A program made the translations under genes and the position numbers. A stretch of 64,000 nucleotides of DNA from Octopus sinensis (Eukaryota). Below, piece by piece: positions 24,876 through 37,989 of the stretch. The notes beneath the pieces are model-generated. The model made no database searches, was not told where the DNA came from, and saw nothing but the letters and a program-made list of their open reading frames with translations. The first letter of the stretch is position 1, and each line of letters begins with the position of its first letter. The stretch covers positions 94,860,001 to 94,924,000 of the forward strand of contig NC_043003.1 of the NCBI RefSeq assembly GCF_006345805.1, read 5' to 3'.

Positions 24876-26679
24876 TTATTATTATTATTATTATTATCAT
24901 TATCATCACTAAAAGGCAGTCAGCACCAAATTAATTGAGCATTGCTAGTTAATGTATAGGTTGAAAAACAGATCTGATAAAGACCATCTCTCTATCCATC
25001 TTAAAGTTACATTAGTGTGAAACATAATTCTCTCAGGTGTAGCTCATCTCTGTTCCAAGTCTTTTTCATTTATCTCTACACTAACCTTCTTTACATCACT
25101 CTGTTCTTTAACAAGGTTAAGTTATTCTGTTTGTCTTGGATAACCTAACTGGAAAATAGGTTTCCACTTCAACTTCCATGGTCAAATAGTTAAAGGTAGA
25201 AATGTCATCTGATATAAAATTCTTATTCTAACTATTTAATCAAACATCTGTAATAATTTACGCAAATGCCAACATGTTTCTCTGTTAATATGGAAATAAA
25301 ATAAGTTATAAGGAACATTAATAAAATCAACAAAATATTACTTCTCTAACCATTAAACATAACTCGTATTTTAAAGCAGCTGGTTGGTTATGACAGTTGA
25401 CATCTCATTTGTATGAGAGATATATATGTATGCGTGTCTTTATATTCTTGTATGTTTATCTTTATATACTGATAAAAAGTATTTTACACTGGATCTTTAA
25501 CCACAATTAAAGACATTAATAAAAGGTGCAGGCATGGCTGTGTGGTAAGAAGTTTGCTTTCCAACCACATGCTTCCATGTTCAATCCCACTGCATGGTAC
25601 CTTTGGTAAGTGTCTTCTACTATAGCCCACACACACGAGACTTCTTTTAGTTTCTGATAGTCATACGATAATGAAAATGTGTCTGGCATGGTGAATATTA
25701 TCCTATTTGGAAATGGGTGAAGATTGGTGACAGGAGGGGCATCCAGCTGTTAAAAATATAATTATGCGGATGATGGTGTGTTAAGCATATGACCAACAGT
25801 TTTGAGGCTAGGTGTTAGTTGATTTCATTGACTTGTAAAATATTTTCCATATTTATTTTGTTATTACAGTTGTTAATACCTTATAACTTCTATTTTGCAC
25901 ACTAAAAACAGTCACACTTTTCATACGTTTTTAATTCATCAATTCATTAATGAAGGCCTTCAATTCCCTTATTTCATAGGTTTTTCTTGTACAAAATTAA
26001 CTCTCATTGTCATTGTTTTAACATCCCAGTTTGTCATGCTTGTATGAATCAGCCAGAATTTGTTGAGGCAGATTTTCTGTGGCGGGATCCCTTTCCTGTT
26101 GCCAACACTCACTTGTTTCGAAGCAAGATTAAAACTTCCTCGTGACTAGACATGTTTTTGTGGAAGATTGATTACAAATGGCACTGCTTGTATGATAGGA
26201 ACACTTGTTTACAACTCTCAGGATTCCAAGAAAAGAGGCACACACTCACAACAAACTTTCAGTTTCCGTCTATCAGATCCAACCACAATATGGGCTATAG
26301 TACAAGGCATTTAGCTAAGGTGGCATGCTGTGAGACAGAACCTGGAACCTTATGGTTGGGAATTAAGCTTCTTTACCACATAGCCATGCTTGCATCTGTG
26401 TTATAAATTTGTACTTGTGTGTATGTGTGGGTGTAAATGTTTGTATAGTTATGTGTGTGTTCACGTAAATGTCTGTTTACATGTGTGCACACATGTAAAT
26501 ATATTTGTATATAAAATTTTTGTATTTTTATGTATTATAAATGTTATGAATTTTATTGTGTATAATTTAGTATATTTACTAACACATTTTGTGTGTATAT
26601 ACACATGTATTCATATTCATGTATGTATAATCATGTTATATGTTTGCACATATTGCTTGTATAAATATGTGTAAGCATT

Positions 26680-27062
26680 ATATATATATAATTGTTGTAT
26701 GTAGATGTATATGTGTATGCATATGCATTTATAAGGTTTCTGTATGTCCGTATGAGATATTACATGTGTGATATATATATATATATATAATATAATTGTT
26801 GTATGTAGATGTATATGTGTATGCATATGCATTTATAAGGTTTCTGTATGTCCATATGAGATATTACATGTGTGTGATATATATAAATAAATAAATATAT
26901 ATCAACCCATGCTAGCATGGAAAACGGACGCTAAATGATGATGATGATGATGATGATGATATATATATATATATATATTATAATTGTTGTATGTAGATGT
27001 ATATGTGTATGCATATGCATTTATACGGTTTCTGTATGTCCGTATGAGATATTACATGTGTG
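26680..27062. repeat. Three ~80-bp tandem units separated by (TA)n, with a 58-bp RTE-tail stub
   Basis: taattgttgtatgtagatg...gagatattacatgtgtg x3. caacccatgctagcatgg...(GAT)n lies at ~26903-26960. Confidence 0.85.
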
Positions 27063-28285
27063 TGTGTGTCTTTAGCTGTGCTGGTGTGTCACACTATGGA
27101 TACAGGTATGTATATATGTGTAGGTCTGCTTATATAGCTATATACTTATATATATAACAATATATGTATGAATACATGCATATATGTATGTATGTCCAAG
27201 TTCTTCTGTCTTACTGATGGACTCAGATCACTTATTACTCAGATTGTTAGTTTCATTTCCTTTTCTTTTACAGATATGTTCCTCTCAAGTATATATATAA
27301 ATTACTTTGATCTCATGTCTCTTCTATGCTATGACGACTCGTGTACACACATGTGCACATAGCACACATAGATACACACACAGACGTGTGCTTACATGCG
27401 CACACACACACACATTGGTAGTCTTACAAGATGAAAGCGATTGCTAGACATTTGTACTTCATAGCTTCATGTTGCAATTAACTTTCATGACACCAGAACT
27501 GGTTTATATTTCTTCCTACTTTAACAGCAATATGATTATTTTACAGATTCTGGTTGTAATCACAGAGTCAAACCTGTCATATGATCCTATCTCTTATCCA
27601 AGTGTCTGCAAGAATAACAACAACAATAATAATAATAATGATAATAACAATATCAGTTATAATAATATCAACAACAGTAATGATAATAATTTACTCCATG
27701 GACTTGAAGTATTGGGTTGGCATCTGGTGAGATATAATTATATCACATGAGTTGGAGGATCTCTTCAGATTTGGTTGCTGACAGTCCTTGTACAGATGAT
27801 GTTTCAATGAAAATACTGCTGTTTGTGAAAGCTTAAATTCACTAGCATCTCATTTTTATAATGATGCAAAAATCCAGTTAAATTTATGCAAATAACAGCA
27901 GGAATAGAACTGAAATAAAGACCCTTCACCCAGTTTGTTTTGGATAGGGTGTCAGCCACTACACAGCTATCATCCAGCTATTGTACACAATAAATGAAGC
28001 AAGGATTTGAATATAGTTGTTATGAAATATTTGTTAATAATAAAGTAACTCTGTACTTCAGAGGTTTTACTGAGAATGGAAAGAAAGGAGTTTATTTATG
28101 ACCGTTTAGCAATTCGGATTGGGTAGCTAAAATAGCAAGCTAACTGAATTAGAACTTGAAGAAATAAGGCATAAGATGATAGTTTTGGATATGAAATAGA
28201 TGGATGTCAAAGGCAGCTTAGAACATGAGTGAGAGGAATAATGAACAAGTTAAGAATGATGGCTAATAGAGGGAAAAGATACACT

Positions 28286-28450
28286 GGAATGGAAAAGCAA
28301 TGCATGGACAGTTTGTCAGAGATATATGACCAACAGTGTGGCTGAGTGTTTGGGAAAAATCAGATAGATCTAAAGGTTGAAATTGAAGTATTGATTTGGT
28401 CAGCACTAGAACAAGCACTTACAAGAAACTAAGCAAAATGCCACATCGAT
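28286..28450 (+). mobile_element. R4/Dong-like LINE internal fragment
   Basis: WNGKAMHGQFVRD ... DLKVEIEVLIWSALEQALTRN*AKCHID matches the K.MHGQF / ETE.LI.AAQEQAL.TN motifs. Confidence 0.75.
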
Positions 28451-28544
28451 CAGAACTTGGAATTACTCTTTTTTTTTTTTTATAGAGTTTATGGTGAAAG
28501 AAATGGAAAGTATTAAAGAGAGTGAATGTTGTCATGTATATGTT

Positions 28545-28917
28545 TGAGTTCAAACCTAATTGATGTCAACTTTGCCTTCCATCCCTTTTGGGATCAATAA
28601 AGTAACATACTAGTGAAGTATGAGAGTTGATGTCATCAACCAACCCACTCCCTCTGCTATTTATGGCCTTTCTACCAAAATCAAAATCCGTTATTATTGG
28701 TGGTGAGTTGGTAGAATTGTTAGCACATAGAGTAGAATGCTTAGCAGCTTTTCATACATTTTTACATTCTGAGTTCAAATTCTGCTGAGGTTGATTTTGC
28801 CTTTTGTCCTTTTGTGGTTGGGGCTTGATAAATTAAGTACCAGTGAAACACTGAGGTTGATGTAATCATCTAGTCCACCCCTCCAAAATTTCAGTCCTTG
28901 TGCCTTTAGTAGAAAAG

Positions 28918-28955
<38 letters not shown>

Positions 28956-29190
28956 GGCGGCAAGCTGGCAGAATTGTTAGCATGCTGGACGAAATGCTTC
29001 GTGGGCATTTCATCCGTCTTTACATTCTGAGTTCAAATTCCACCGAGATTGACTTTGCCTTTCATCCTTTCGGAGTCGATTAAATAAATACCAGTTACTC
29101 ACTGGAGTTGATGTAATCGACTTAATACCTTCCCCACCACACACTACCCTTATAGCAAAAAATTGAAATCATCATTATTATTATTATTTC
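28545..29190 (+). mobile_element. Head-to-tail array of three SINE family B copies
   Basis: B cores at ~28570, ~28795 and ~29055. The third copy starts directly after the (ATT)n tail of the second. Confidence 0.85.
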
Positions 29191-29637
29191 CTTCAAAAAA
29201 ACTGTCCTTGTGACTGTTGAAAGAAAACTGACTTCATTATTATTACAGCCATCACATCACCTAAAACTCAGATTTTCATTTACAACCATTCCACATCTCT
29301 GGCAATAACATCTGTTAATTCCCTCCAGGTTTTCCTGTGGTTTCTCTGCCAACATTTTACAAAGACAGCACCATAAGTTTGCAATGTCAGTGTTCTTGTC
29401 CAACTAGCCCTGCTTAAAAGTAAACGACGTGAATATAAATATATTCTTTCAGTTCACTTCTTTGTTACTTCATACCCATTATGAATAATAAGATAGATGA
29501 TGTTCGGTGCTTTGCATAAGTTTCTTCAATAGCTATTTATCTAATGCATCATAATGCTCCTACTTTACATGTATGTATGTGTGTGTTTAGGATTGTTTAT
29601 ATTAACAGGCAAAATGAAATGTATTATCCCCATTTTA

Positions 29638-30012
29638 TACTCTTTTACTTGTTTCAGTCATTTGGCTGCGGCCATGCTGGAGCACCGCCTTTAGTTGAGC
29701 AAATCGACCCCGGGACTTATTCTTTGTAAGCCCAGTACTTATTCTATTGGTCTCTTTTGCCGAACCACCAAGTGACGGGGACGTAAACACACCGGCATCA
29801 GTTGTCAAACACACACACACACACACATATATATATTTATATACATATATACGACAGGCTTCTTTTAATTTCCGTCTACCAAATCCACTCACAAGGCATT
29901 GGTCGGCCTGGGGCTATAGCAGAAGACACTTACCCAAGATGCCACGCAGTGGGACTGAACCCGGAACCATGTGGCTGGTTAGCAAGCTACTTACCACACA
30001 GCCACTCCTGCA
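29638..30012 (-). mobile_element. SINE family A
   Basis: Consensus match with a small internal deletion. Confidence 0.9.
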
Positions 30013-30096
30013 TGCTTTCATGGACGAGATAGGATTTGTTGAGGCAGATCTTCTACCTCATCCATTCAGAAGCTAGGTAATATTTTTCCCTTAATC

Positions 30097-30286
30097 CAGT
30101 GATCTGCAACTATTTTTATCACTTGTGGTACTCTTATATTCTTTTCAAAATTCAGTGGCACACCTGAACAAAAAATATAACTAAAAGTATAGGGGGAAAA
30201 AAATCATATACAGGTTACACTGTGGCACACCTAGCATTGTCTTGTGGTATACCAGTGTGCTGTGACCTAACGGTTGCAGAGCACTG
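30097..30286. mobile_element. hAT MITE
   Basis: TIRs CAGTGATCTGCAACT / GGTTGCAGAGCACTG (13/15). TSD CCTTAATC / CCTTAGTC (7/8). Confidence 0.8.
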
Positions 30287-30364
30287 CCTTAGTCTAGACG
30301 TCTTTCTGTGAAAGACTGCAAACAGACAACACTGCTTCTATGATGGCAATGGTATTTTGTCAAT

Positions 30365-30585
30365 AAGGCAGCGAGCTGGTAGAAACGTTAAGCACGCCGG
30401 GTGAAATGCGTAGCCGTATTTCGTCTGCCGTTACGTTGAGTTCAAATTCCGCCGAGGTCGACTTTCGGGGTCGATTAAATAAGTACCAGTTATGCACTGG
30501 GGTCGATATAACCGACTTAACCTGTTTGTCTGTCCTTGTTTGTCCTCTCTGTGTTTAGCCCCTTGTGGGTAGTAAAGAAATAGGT
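30365..30585 (+). mobile_element. SINE family B
   Basis: Near-consensus copy with a short internal deletion. Confidence 0.9.
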
Positions 30586-31332
30586 ACTTTGTCAATCGTG
30601 CATGATGTCAATACAAAAACACAAACAAACATACATATATACACATATCATCATAATCATCTGTCCGTTCTCTATGCTGCCGTTGATTGAATAGTTTGAT
30701 AGGGGCTGGCCTGGCAGAAGACTACACCAGGGTTTTGCAGCTGGACACTCTTCCTAACACCAACTGTCTTACAGAGTAGACTATATATATAAGTGCTGTC
30801 CACTTAGCTGTAAATGCATAACTCTTCAATGAATTGGCACCCAATTTGGGGAAAATGTGGGCTTACCTGTTTAGAGAATGAGATGGCATCATTTGTGGCT
30901 ACAACAATGCGAGGAAGTGCATTGTGACCAGCAAGGTCACAATACCATTCAATAGTCTGGTTGATATAGTGATACATATATTCATTTATTTATATATGAA
31001 TTATATATTTTGCCAATAAATGATGCTAATAAATTTGGAAGAAGCACTAGTGTTGCTAAGACTACATTGCAATAATGAAGGTGTTATCTGATTTTATCTG
31101 GTTTGGCAACATGACTTAAATGTTGTACATTTGGGATTCTATGTCTATAGTTTTTTTTGTTTTTTTTTGTTATGACATTTAATGCAGAGACATGGTGTAC
31201 AGTAAGAGAAAATGTTTAGTTGAAAGACCGATTTGTGTAAACTTATAAGCAAAAAGCATTCCAACTGTGGCTTCCATTATTTTATGATTGCTGAGAATTA
31301 TATGATACAGTGTGCAGTGAGTTTTTCTTTGT

Positions 31333-31560
31333 TTAACCCTTTAGCATTTAAACCGGCCATATCCGGCCAAAAGTATTTTGCTTGTTTTATGTTCAAACTG
31401 GCCAGATCTGGTCTCTCACACCGACCCTGCAATATCGTTTGAAAAATTAAGTTACCTCATCAAAATCTCATAATCACAAGATAATGCATGATTAGTTCAA
31501 AACAATGTGGATAAAAAAAGCATAAGTTTTGGCAGAATAATGTGAACACTAAAGGGTTAA
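31333..31560. mobile_element. piggyBac-like MITE
   Basis: TTAA-CCCTTTAG ... CTAAAGGG-TTAA. Related copies lie at ~36989-37217 (inverted) and ~46892-47045. Confidence 0.8.
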
Positions 31561-32104
31561 GGTGATGCAGTTTGATATGGGGGAGATTTGGCTGCTTTTT
31601 CTAGCAAGACAAATGACCTCTTAAAACCTCCTTCAAAAGTGCCCTAAGCAATTTACCTGCGAGGCTTCAAATAAAATCTTCAGAAAAGCTAAAAACGTTG
31701 GGCCTCACAGATATGATGGTATTGAGAGAGTCAATTTACACAAATATAGAAATATAAGGACAAGGAGGAGGAAGAAAACAAAGGTGGTGGTGGTGGTAGT
31801 GGCAGTAGCGGAAGCGGTTAATGAACCTAGCTCCTGAGTGGTAGTCCTTGGATCAGTTCCACAATTCAATTGGGGTGCATGGTTTACTTTTTTTTAAATG
31901 AAATTTTACAAGCAATATTCAACATTGAGTTTAAAATGAGAGGAGAGGAGTGGCTGAGACTGACAGATGTACTGTTAAAGGTCTTGCAAAAAGTGACATA
32001 CGTAGTATGTGTTGGCTTGGAGTTGTAGTTGAATGCCACTTAGAAGTTATGACGAGATGTTAATATATTTCTTTATTTTAAAATATATTTCTTTATTAAA
32101 ATAT

Positions 32105-32330
32105 ACCTATTTCTTTACTACCCACAAGGGACTAAACACAGAGAGGGCAAACAAGGACTGACAAGCAGATTAAGTCGATTATATTGACCCCAGTGCGTAA
32201 CTGGTACTTACTTAATCGACCTCGAAAGGATGAAAGGCAAAGTCGACCTTTGCGGAATTTGAACTCAAAACGTACTGGCAGACGAAATACCACTAAGCAT
32301 TTCGCCCGGCTTGCTAATGTTTCTAGCTTT
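32105..32330 (-). mobile_element. SINE family B
   Basis: Reverse complement of the consensus. Confidence 0.9.
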
Positions 32331-32784
32331 TGAGCAAGCATGCACATTTGTGTGTGTTTTATTAAGAGATTACTTGAAAGATGTAAGTGCCTCTGGTTGG
32401 TCTGAGTGAAAGTGAAATGGAACCTTCTAGTTTTGAGAGTGGAGGTCATTGTTTAGTGGCAGTGTACTTGTGCATATATGTGTATGTATGCCTGTTGTTT
32501 TGTTGACACACACACTCACACACATAAAGTTAATGTATTGGTGTTTCTGTGATTGAACCAGGATTATTGACCTTTTACAAATCCCCTTCTGAATTTATAC
32601 AATTCCACTTTATCTAAATATCAATTTCTCTCAGAAATTTTCTGCTTAGGAAATTCAATATTTTTGTTTGTTTCTGGTTTTCTAAGTTCTGCACTAAGAA
32701 ACCTACACAAGTAGGCTGACAGCTTTTATATATTTATAAATACACACACACACACACACACACAAGTGTGTGTGTGTGTATGTG

Positions 32785-33200
32785 ATTAAAATTTTCACTT
32801 CTCAACTATGTGGTTTTATATTCAGTCACACTACATATCACCTTGGTCCTTCTATAACCTCTGGGCCAAACAAGGCCTTGTGAATGAATTTGGTAGACAG
32901 AAACTGAAAGAAGCTCATTTTTGTGTGCGTATCATATATATATATGTGTGTGAGTATGTGTCATCCTGTCTTGACATTGTATGATCCTTGCAAGTGTGCA
33001 TCACCATCATGCAAGTGGTATCTTTAATCTTCGGTCTTTCATGGAAGCATGTTAGGCCATGAGGAAAGTCTCTCCTTCACCTAGAAATAAGTGCGAGTTG
33101 ATATCAGGAAGGCTGTTTGGTTGTAGAAAGTCTTCCCTGATGAATTCTGCCTGGCCGATGCAAGCGTAGAAGAGTGGACATTAAAATGGTGATCATAATG
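32785..33200 (+). mobile_element. SINE A-head with the alternative RTE-type tail (A2)
   Basis: A head and microsatellite, then gtcttgacattgt...ggaaggc...atgcaagc...ggacattaaaatggtgat. Confidence 0.7.
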
Positions 33201-34764
33201 ATATATAAGCTTCAACCAGAGAAATAAATGTAGACATGTTGGCACTTACAGCATAGCTAAATATTTTAGCTTGCTGGAAACCGTCCAGGATTTAGAAGTT
33301 TATTTCTCTATACCTAAGTGAAAGGTGAAAGAATAGTACTCATGACCAATTTTTAGTGTCTCTCAGGCTAGTGCTCAGAACAAAAGAATATATTTTAAAG
33401 TCAATGGCTTACTCACACCTCAAACACTTGCAACAGAGCCAACATTGCTAAAAAAAAAAAAACCCCAAGAACCATATTGTAGTGTTAAAATGATCAATGT
33501 ATTAAGCCTATCCCCAAAGATGGAGGAATTATTCCTTCAGTGGGCTTCTACAGAGTTTTAGTTGAATGAATTCTACTCAGAAGCCTTTGGTTGACCCATA
33601 GCTATGGTAGAAGTCACTTGGTCAAGGTATTGCCTGGCAGAACTGAATCCAAAGCCATGTAGTTAAGAAGCAACTTTCCTAGCCGCTGAACCATTTTGGC
33701 ATGTACTATATTTTCCAGCATGCAAGTCAACATCGTATGTAGTGTAAACATTCAAACATCACCACTATCCTTCCAAATTTTGCTGCATTTCACATGGAAA
33801 TTTTGGCCTGAAAGATTTGATTTGCATGTTGGAAAATATGGTATGTCATATCTGTGCACATGCCATGCCTGTTCATATTCGATATATGAATAAACAAGAA
33901 GAGAACTTCTATGTAATAATTTGGCCTGTCAGAAATAATGACCAGATTTCCTTCAGATCACATTTTGCTATCTCAAAATGTATAGACACACTGGATAATT
34001 TAGTTTCAGGTGTACAAAAGAAATAGGATGGATATAGCTGGGACATCTTTGAGACCATAGATCTCTTTAATCAGAGCTGAAAAGCAATAGACTATCTGAA
34101 ATAACCAGTGAATGTATTCTTTGTATATGTATCAGAACATCTGTGGTAAGGAACCACTCTGTTGATCAGATGACCTCAACATTATTATATATTCACTGTT
34201 AAGAAACCAAACCTAAAGAAACAGGTGGCAGCATGCATTGGCAAAAATGGTATGATGATGGCCCTGAGTTTAGATTAGTTTCTGAACAGAATTTGATGGA
34301 ATTTGAGGTTTCAGTATTTAATCTTTGAAAGAAAAAATTATTTGTTGCAGAAAAAAAAGAAAGAAAAACAAATAGCAATCATCGTATGGAAGACTTGTAT
34401 TAGCCAGTCAAAAATAGACAGAAATTAACTTCACTTTAATTATTTATTACTTGGTGTCATAATTTTCATTACACTGTCTGCAATATAACATGGTCACTAA
34501 AATGGTTCTGCTGTATAGTTAACATGACTTTTTTCACAGTGTAATAGCTTTAGTTTCAGCTTGAGATCAAACCACTTGCCAGACATGTACAAAACATTAA
34601 TAAAAAAAAAACCAAGCCCTTATTACTCATATAAAAAAGACAGTTCTATAACATAAGATTCTGTTTCTTTCTGTGGTATACAAATCTAGTAAAATTTACA
34701 AACTTTGCTGAAAACCAGTGGACTTTAGCCTAAATCATTTGAAACACATTCCCATGTCCATACT

Positions 34765-35015
34765 AAGTGGCTGTGTTCCATCACCATTGGAACCAAAAAT
34801 TTCAAAGCCACCAGAAGAGAAAAGGAAGAAATCAAATGACTAAGAGAAAGGCTCAACAAAATCAACCTTGCCCTCCACCTACATTACCATCCAGTAAATG
34901 CCATTGCCTCTTCTGTGTAAGAATTGGTCTACTTAGTCATCAATGCCATCACCATAAAGGAAGCATTCAGCAAAAGAGGAACTAAATTCTCGGATACGAG
35001 ATGAAGCTGATGACG
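34765..35015 (+). mobile_element. RTE (BovB-like) LINE 3' end remnant
   Basis: KRKAQQNQPCPPPTLPSSKCHCLFCVRIGLLSHQ resembles the RTE ORF C-terminal C..C.R.F..RIGL.SH motif. Short UTR ending gaagctgatgacg. Confidence 0.7.
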
Positions 35016-35214
35016 AATTACTTGACACTCTGTGTCCTTGGCAACAAAAGGACTCTTTGTCAATGTACTTTTTCCATTTTTTTCTTTTTGTCATTCTGAC
35101 TCTAAATTAGTACTGTTAAAGAGTTTGTGGCACTGTTCACCATACTAAACAGGCAAGGTGCCAGGAAGGTACTATATTTGGTGAATGGCCGAGTTTCAAT
35201 ACATCATCACATAT

Positions 35215-35870
35215 TCTTTTCTGCTCTAGGCACAAGGCCTGAAATTTTTGGAGTGAAGGCCAGTCAATTAGATTGATCCCAGTATGCAACTGGTACTTAA
35301 TTAATCGACCCGAAAGGATGAAAGGCAAAGTCAACCTCAGTGGAATTTGAACTCAGAACATAAGGACAGACAAAATACCGCTAAGCATTTAGCCTGGTGT
35401 GCTAATGTTTCTGCCAGCTCGCCATCTTTACATCACATATTGTCTCTGAAAAAGATGACAAGAAAACATATGCTAGTGCTTATTTATTATCTTTTACTTG
35501 TTTCAGTCATTAGACTGCGACCATACTGGGGCACCACCTTGAATTATTTTGTTGAGCAATCTCAACCACTTACTTTCTATATTGTAAGTGAAGTATTATT
35601 CTATCAGTGGCTTTTGCTGAACTGCCAAGTAACAGGGATGCAAACACCCCAACACTGGTTGTCAGGTGATGGTGGAGGACAAACACTGACATAAGGAAAC
35701 ACACACACACACATAATAGGCTTCTTTCAGTTTCCACCTACCATATCCATTAAAAAGGCTTTGGTTGGCCTGAGGTTATAGTAGAAGACACCTGCCCAAG
35801 TGTCACGTAATGGGACTGAACCTGGAACCACATGGCTAGAAAGCAAATTTCTTACCACATAGCCACTTTT
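35215..35870 (-). mobile_element. SINE B (35215-35425) and diverged SINE A (35487-35870)
   Basis: Reverse-complement matches to both consensus sequences. Confidence 0.8.
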
Positions 35871-36049
35871 CTCTGAAGCATTACACAATGATGAAGTTTA
35901 CAGCAATAGTTTCGTATTCCTATAAGTTATATGATGCCACCACCACTACTATTACTACTACTACTACTTTCCATATTGCCATTGCTGTTTATTTCAACCT
36001 CTTTATAGAGTGGAATGGACAGTGGGTGTTTTCAGTGGAAGCCACTCAC

Positions 36050-36106
36050 CAGACATGTGTCTGATTACTCGTTGTGTTGTGAGTGGATCAATTAAAACTT
36101 TTTTTG
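36050..36106 (-). CDS. Candidate 57-nt symmetric (phase 1-1) exon
   Basis: Minus strand ...catcactacAG|CAAAAAAAG...CACATGTCTG|GTGAGT, a perfect donor. Open frame xKKVLIDPLTTQRVIRHMSG. Weak polypyrimidine tract; no homology recognised. Confidence 0.3.
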
Positions 36107-37450
36107 CTGTAGTGATGATGAGGTGGTATATTGTGGGAAACTTGAGTTTGAAAGTTATAGAATATCTACTTCAGTATCATTATCATCATCGTCATCATCA
36201 CTATCATCATCGCCACTAATATGCACTTTTCTGAGCATGAGTAAGTCAGATGGAATTATTGAAGACAGATTTTTCTATGGTTGGATGCCCTTCTTGTTAC
36301 CAACCAATACCTATTTCCAAGCAATGACACTGCCTATATGTCAGTGCTGCTTGTTGACAGCTATTGTTGATGTGAAGACAGGAGACACAAACATTTATAG
36401 ATACATGCAAATGCACAGAGAGAGATAGAGGTGGGTTGTCGATCTAGCTAACAATATAAAGATAATTTTTCCTATTTTAGCATCATTTTCCCATTTCTAG
36501 TTTACAACATATCAGGAGCTGGCTATCTATCTGAATACTACTAACCATAATGTCTGACGTGAGTTGATTCTGTAAATATTTCATACTTTGAAAGAAAAAA
36601 AAAAGTAACAAAATTTAAAGACATGCTAGTGACCCTCAAAGAGTGGTGGTTTACTTTGGTTTTCATGGTATTAATCAGATAAGAGACATAGTTTTCTCAT
36701 AGAGAAAACACTAAGTCTATTGTAAGTTACATTCCTAGGTGATCTGGTCCCCATTGCCTGATAACTTGTCGGCAGTGGAGGTTTTTACATGGTTTTTCAG
36801 CTTGCTAGAAATAGCAGCTGTATTTCTCTCAAACTACACTCTACTTTCTTCAACAACAAACACATTGGATAATGTAGTTTGGTGTACACTATACCTAAAA
36901 AAATAATACAGATTGTATGGTCATTGCTGGAATGTCTAATTATTTTCAGTGGGAGAGACAATAATGATTTGTTGAAATAGTTTTGTAGTTTAACTCTTTA
37001 GCATTCAGTTTATTTTGTCATTGTAATGCTTATTTATTGACATTGTTTTGAATTTATCATGATTTAATTTACTGCTTCAAGATATTTCAATGATGTCATT
37101 GTTTACTTTTAGAATTTCATTGTAGGGTAGGTGTGATAGGTTGGATGTGGCTGGTTTCAGCATAAAGTAGACATAATATTTGGGCATTATATGGTTGGTT
37201 TAATGCTAATGGGTTAGATGCTGTCTAAATAAATAAATACACATAAATAAATAAATTCAAGCTGAGCTTGAACTTCAGACCTTTGAGTTAGTAGTCCAGT
37301 ACTATTAACACTAGCAGCCATACTGTTTGTTTTGTCATTCGAGCTTCTGGCTGTTTAACAATGGTCTAATGAAAGATCTTCTAAACAGTCACCTGACTTG
37401 CTAGGTATAGCAGTTAAATACTCTACTCGTATAACCATTATCAAGATGAG

Positions 37451-37831
37451 TGGAGGCACAATGGCCCAGTGGTTAGGGCAGCGGACTCGCGGTTGTATAA
37501 TCGCAGTTTCGATTCCCACACCGGGCATTGTGAGTGTTTATTGAGCAAAAGCACCTAAAGCTTCACAAGGCTCCTGCAGGGGGTGGTGGTGAACCCTGCT
37601 GTACTCTTTCACCACAACTTTCTCTCACTCTTTCTTCCTGTTTCTGTTGTACCTGTATTTCAAAGGGCCGGCCTTGTCACACTCTGTGTCACGCTGAATC
37701 TCCTCGAGAACTATGTTAAGGGTACACGTGTCTGTGGAATGCTCAGCCACTTGCACGTTGATTCCACGAGCAAGCTGTTCCGTTGATCGTATCAGCTGGG
37801 ACCCTCATCGTCATAACCGACGGAGTGCTCC
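37451..37831 (+). mobile_element. SINE family D, full length with TSD
   Basis: tRNA head (A box tggcccagtgg, B box gtttcgattcc) and a 12-bp TSD TATCAAGATGAG (37439-37450, 37832-37843). Confidence 0.9.
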
Positions 37832-37989
37832 TATCAAGATGAGAATGACACAGTGGACAATGTAGAAGTAGTTGCAGGTATATGCAAAATGAGGAGGTAG
37901 TCATGGATGGAGTGCTTTGATCATAAGTCTACTCTCTAGGGCTCACCTGGAACTGAACAACAACAACAATAATATAAACTTTAATAGAG

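Noticed and set aside
37451-37530. tRNA-like A/B boxes in SINE heads
   Set aside because: They continue into SINE bodies, with TSDs in places, and I see no intact cloverleaf; not tRNA genes.
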